From assembly GCA_965644295.1 (NCBI GenBank), contig CBFFRP010000423.1, forward strand, positions 186,001 to 250,000: a stretch of 64,000 nucleotides of DNA, in the 5' to 3' direction. This document shows positions 62,701 to 64,000 of this stretch, piece after piece (within the stretch, counting starts at the first letter, position 1; every line of letters starts with the position of its first letter). Both the position numbers and the translations under genes were made by a program. Source of the DNA: Paraphysomonas bandaiensis. Taxonomy: Eukaryota > Protista > Chrysophyceae. The notes under the pieces were generated by a model. It saw only the letters and a list, made by a program, of their open reading frames with translations. It did no database searches and had not been told where the DNA came from.

Positions 62701-64000
62701 GCTAATTTGAGAAGATTGGGTGCGATGGAGTCGAAGGCCTTTTGAAAGTCCCAGAAGGTGCAGAGTTTCACATGCCCGGTAAGTTTGGCCAGTTCCGTGG
62801 CCGCGAGGACTCGTAGAATGGCCGTGTCCGTGCCGTGTCGCCATCGATAGCCGTGTTGCGCAGGGTGTAGGACTTCATCTTCTTCCCATATGTGGAGGAG
62901 CCGGTGGGTGATGATACGGGTCATTAGTTTGCGCAAAACCTCTAGGAGCCCTATCGGTCGGAGGTTCTTTAGAGACGTGTGTCCTGGTTTTTTAAGAAGT
63001 GGCGTCATGACTCTGTCTCTCCACCAGCGTGGCACATGGCGATGGGTCCAGAGGGTTTGGAGGAGGCCTAAAACTTCAATCTTTATTTCAGGGGTCCATT
63101 TCTTTATCATGTTGGTGGTGACCATGGATGGTCCGGGCGCTTTATCCTTGGCCATCCCGTCCAGAGTGGAGTGGAACTCGCTTATTGTGATCTGCTGTCG
63201 TAGAGCGTCTTGGATCTTTTTAGCTGTGGCGGAGGTAACCTTTGTTTTGCATAGGTTTCGTAGGCCGAGCTGGTGGTGATCGGGAATGGCGGAGTGTGGA
63301 TGCAAGGGTGTGTTCATGTCGGCGCCAGCTGCGAGCTCGTGCCACCAGGTGTCGTCATGATGTAGCTTGTGGGCGACTGGGTCAAGTCCGGATGGGATGG
63401 AGTGGTGGGCTGTGAAATGTTTGTTCAGCTCGTCCTGTATGTCTATGGGGAGGGTTAGGGTGGCTCCGTCCTCTAGGGTGAGTCGGGTGAGGGGTGGCGT
63501 CTGTTTGCGCTTCAATCCTATTGTCTGAAGGACTTTTCCGATGTGTTGGAGTTCCAGGTGGGCTTGGATGGTGTGGGTCCTGTGGGTCATACGCTTCCGC
63601 ATTTCTGTTCTTGCTCTTCCTTGGAGCATTCGGGTAAGGTTATCCCGTAGGGTGTCAAAGTGTGTGCTATTGATGGTCGCAACAGTCCATGTCAGCATCT
63701 GGCGTGGATCCACGGCAGGCTTGATGATGGTGGTGGGTGGGTGGGATGGGTCCTCTGAAGCGTGGTCCAGGGCGGCTATGGTGACCTCCCATCGCTGGAG
63801 GCCTCTTCGTGTAAGACTGTAGAGACGTGTGTCATCTACATGAGGGTGGAGATAGCCGGCTCTGTTGAAAAACTTTCTCTTTAGGTAGATGACTAAGTGG
63901 AGCGCTGTTTGAATAACTCTCATTTCCGCAGAAAAGCCGTCTTTGAAGCGGGAACGTTTGCGTTGGCAGAGGTGGTGAATGCGTGTTTTCTTCGTTCTAT
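59757..64000 (-). mobile_element. Non-LTR retrotransposon (RT, RNase H, C-terminal Cys/His knuckle); ORF open from 59922 beyond the window edge
   Basis: KAPGPS, LRPIGLLE, QHGYR, DFQKAFDSI, RGVTQG, YADD, KYLGV; RNase H FTDGS..E..WTDCQ..WTRSH..ADAAA; CADC..HMLLTC; 1333 aa without a stop. Confidence 0.95.

Noticed and set aside
60022-63822. Plus-strand ORFs overlapping the LINE, and similar antisense ORFs over host genes
   Set aside because: Antisense shadows of long coding sequences with no independent motifs.

Overview
Eukaryotic nuclear DNA with short GT-AG introns (~40-60 nt) and the standard code. Gene content and repeat types suggest a stramenopile, possibly a chrysophyte (inference). About 16 host genes are present, many as divergent pairs: TBC1D23 (3' part), a type II thioesterase-like protein lacking its catalytic Ser, FIBP, a membrane hybrid histidine kinase, a C69 dipeptidase, an organellar valyl-tRNA synthetase, RPL27 (missed by the ORF track), an LRR/multi-TM receptor, a DUF5765-like membrane protein, a PKA regulatory subunit, a MYND-finger fusion protein and several coiled-coil or unknown proteins. 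Intergenic DNA holds hAT, Harbinger and Copia relics, several MITEs, and an RT-RNase H non-LTR retrotransposon with a tandem truncated copy. The most unusual signals are: (1) a ~147-bp element found five times, always ~150-290 bp from a start codon; (2) a ~200-nt multibranch structure with G.U-biased pairing in the longest ValRS intron; (3) a PKGxPPD-stop ending, a 3'UTR motif and a non-polyA terminus shared by several retroelement ends; (4) an MbcA/ParS-like antitoxin domain fused to a MYND finger. All calls were made by eye from the sequence; no searches or folding programs were run.
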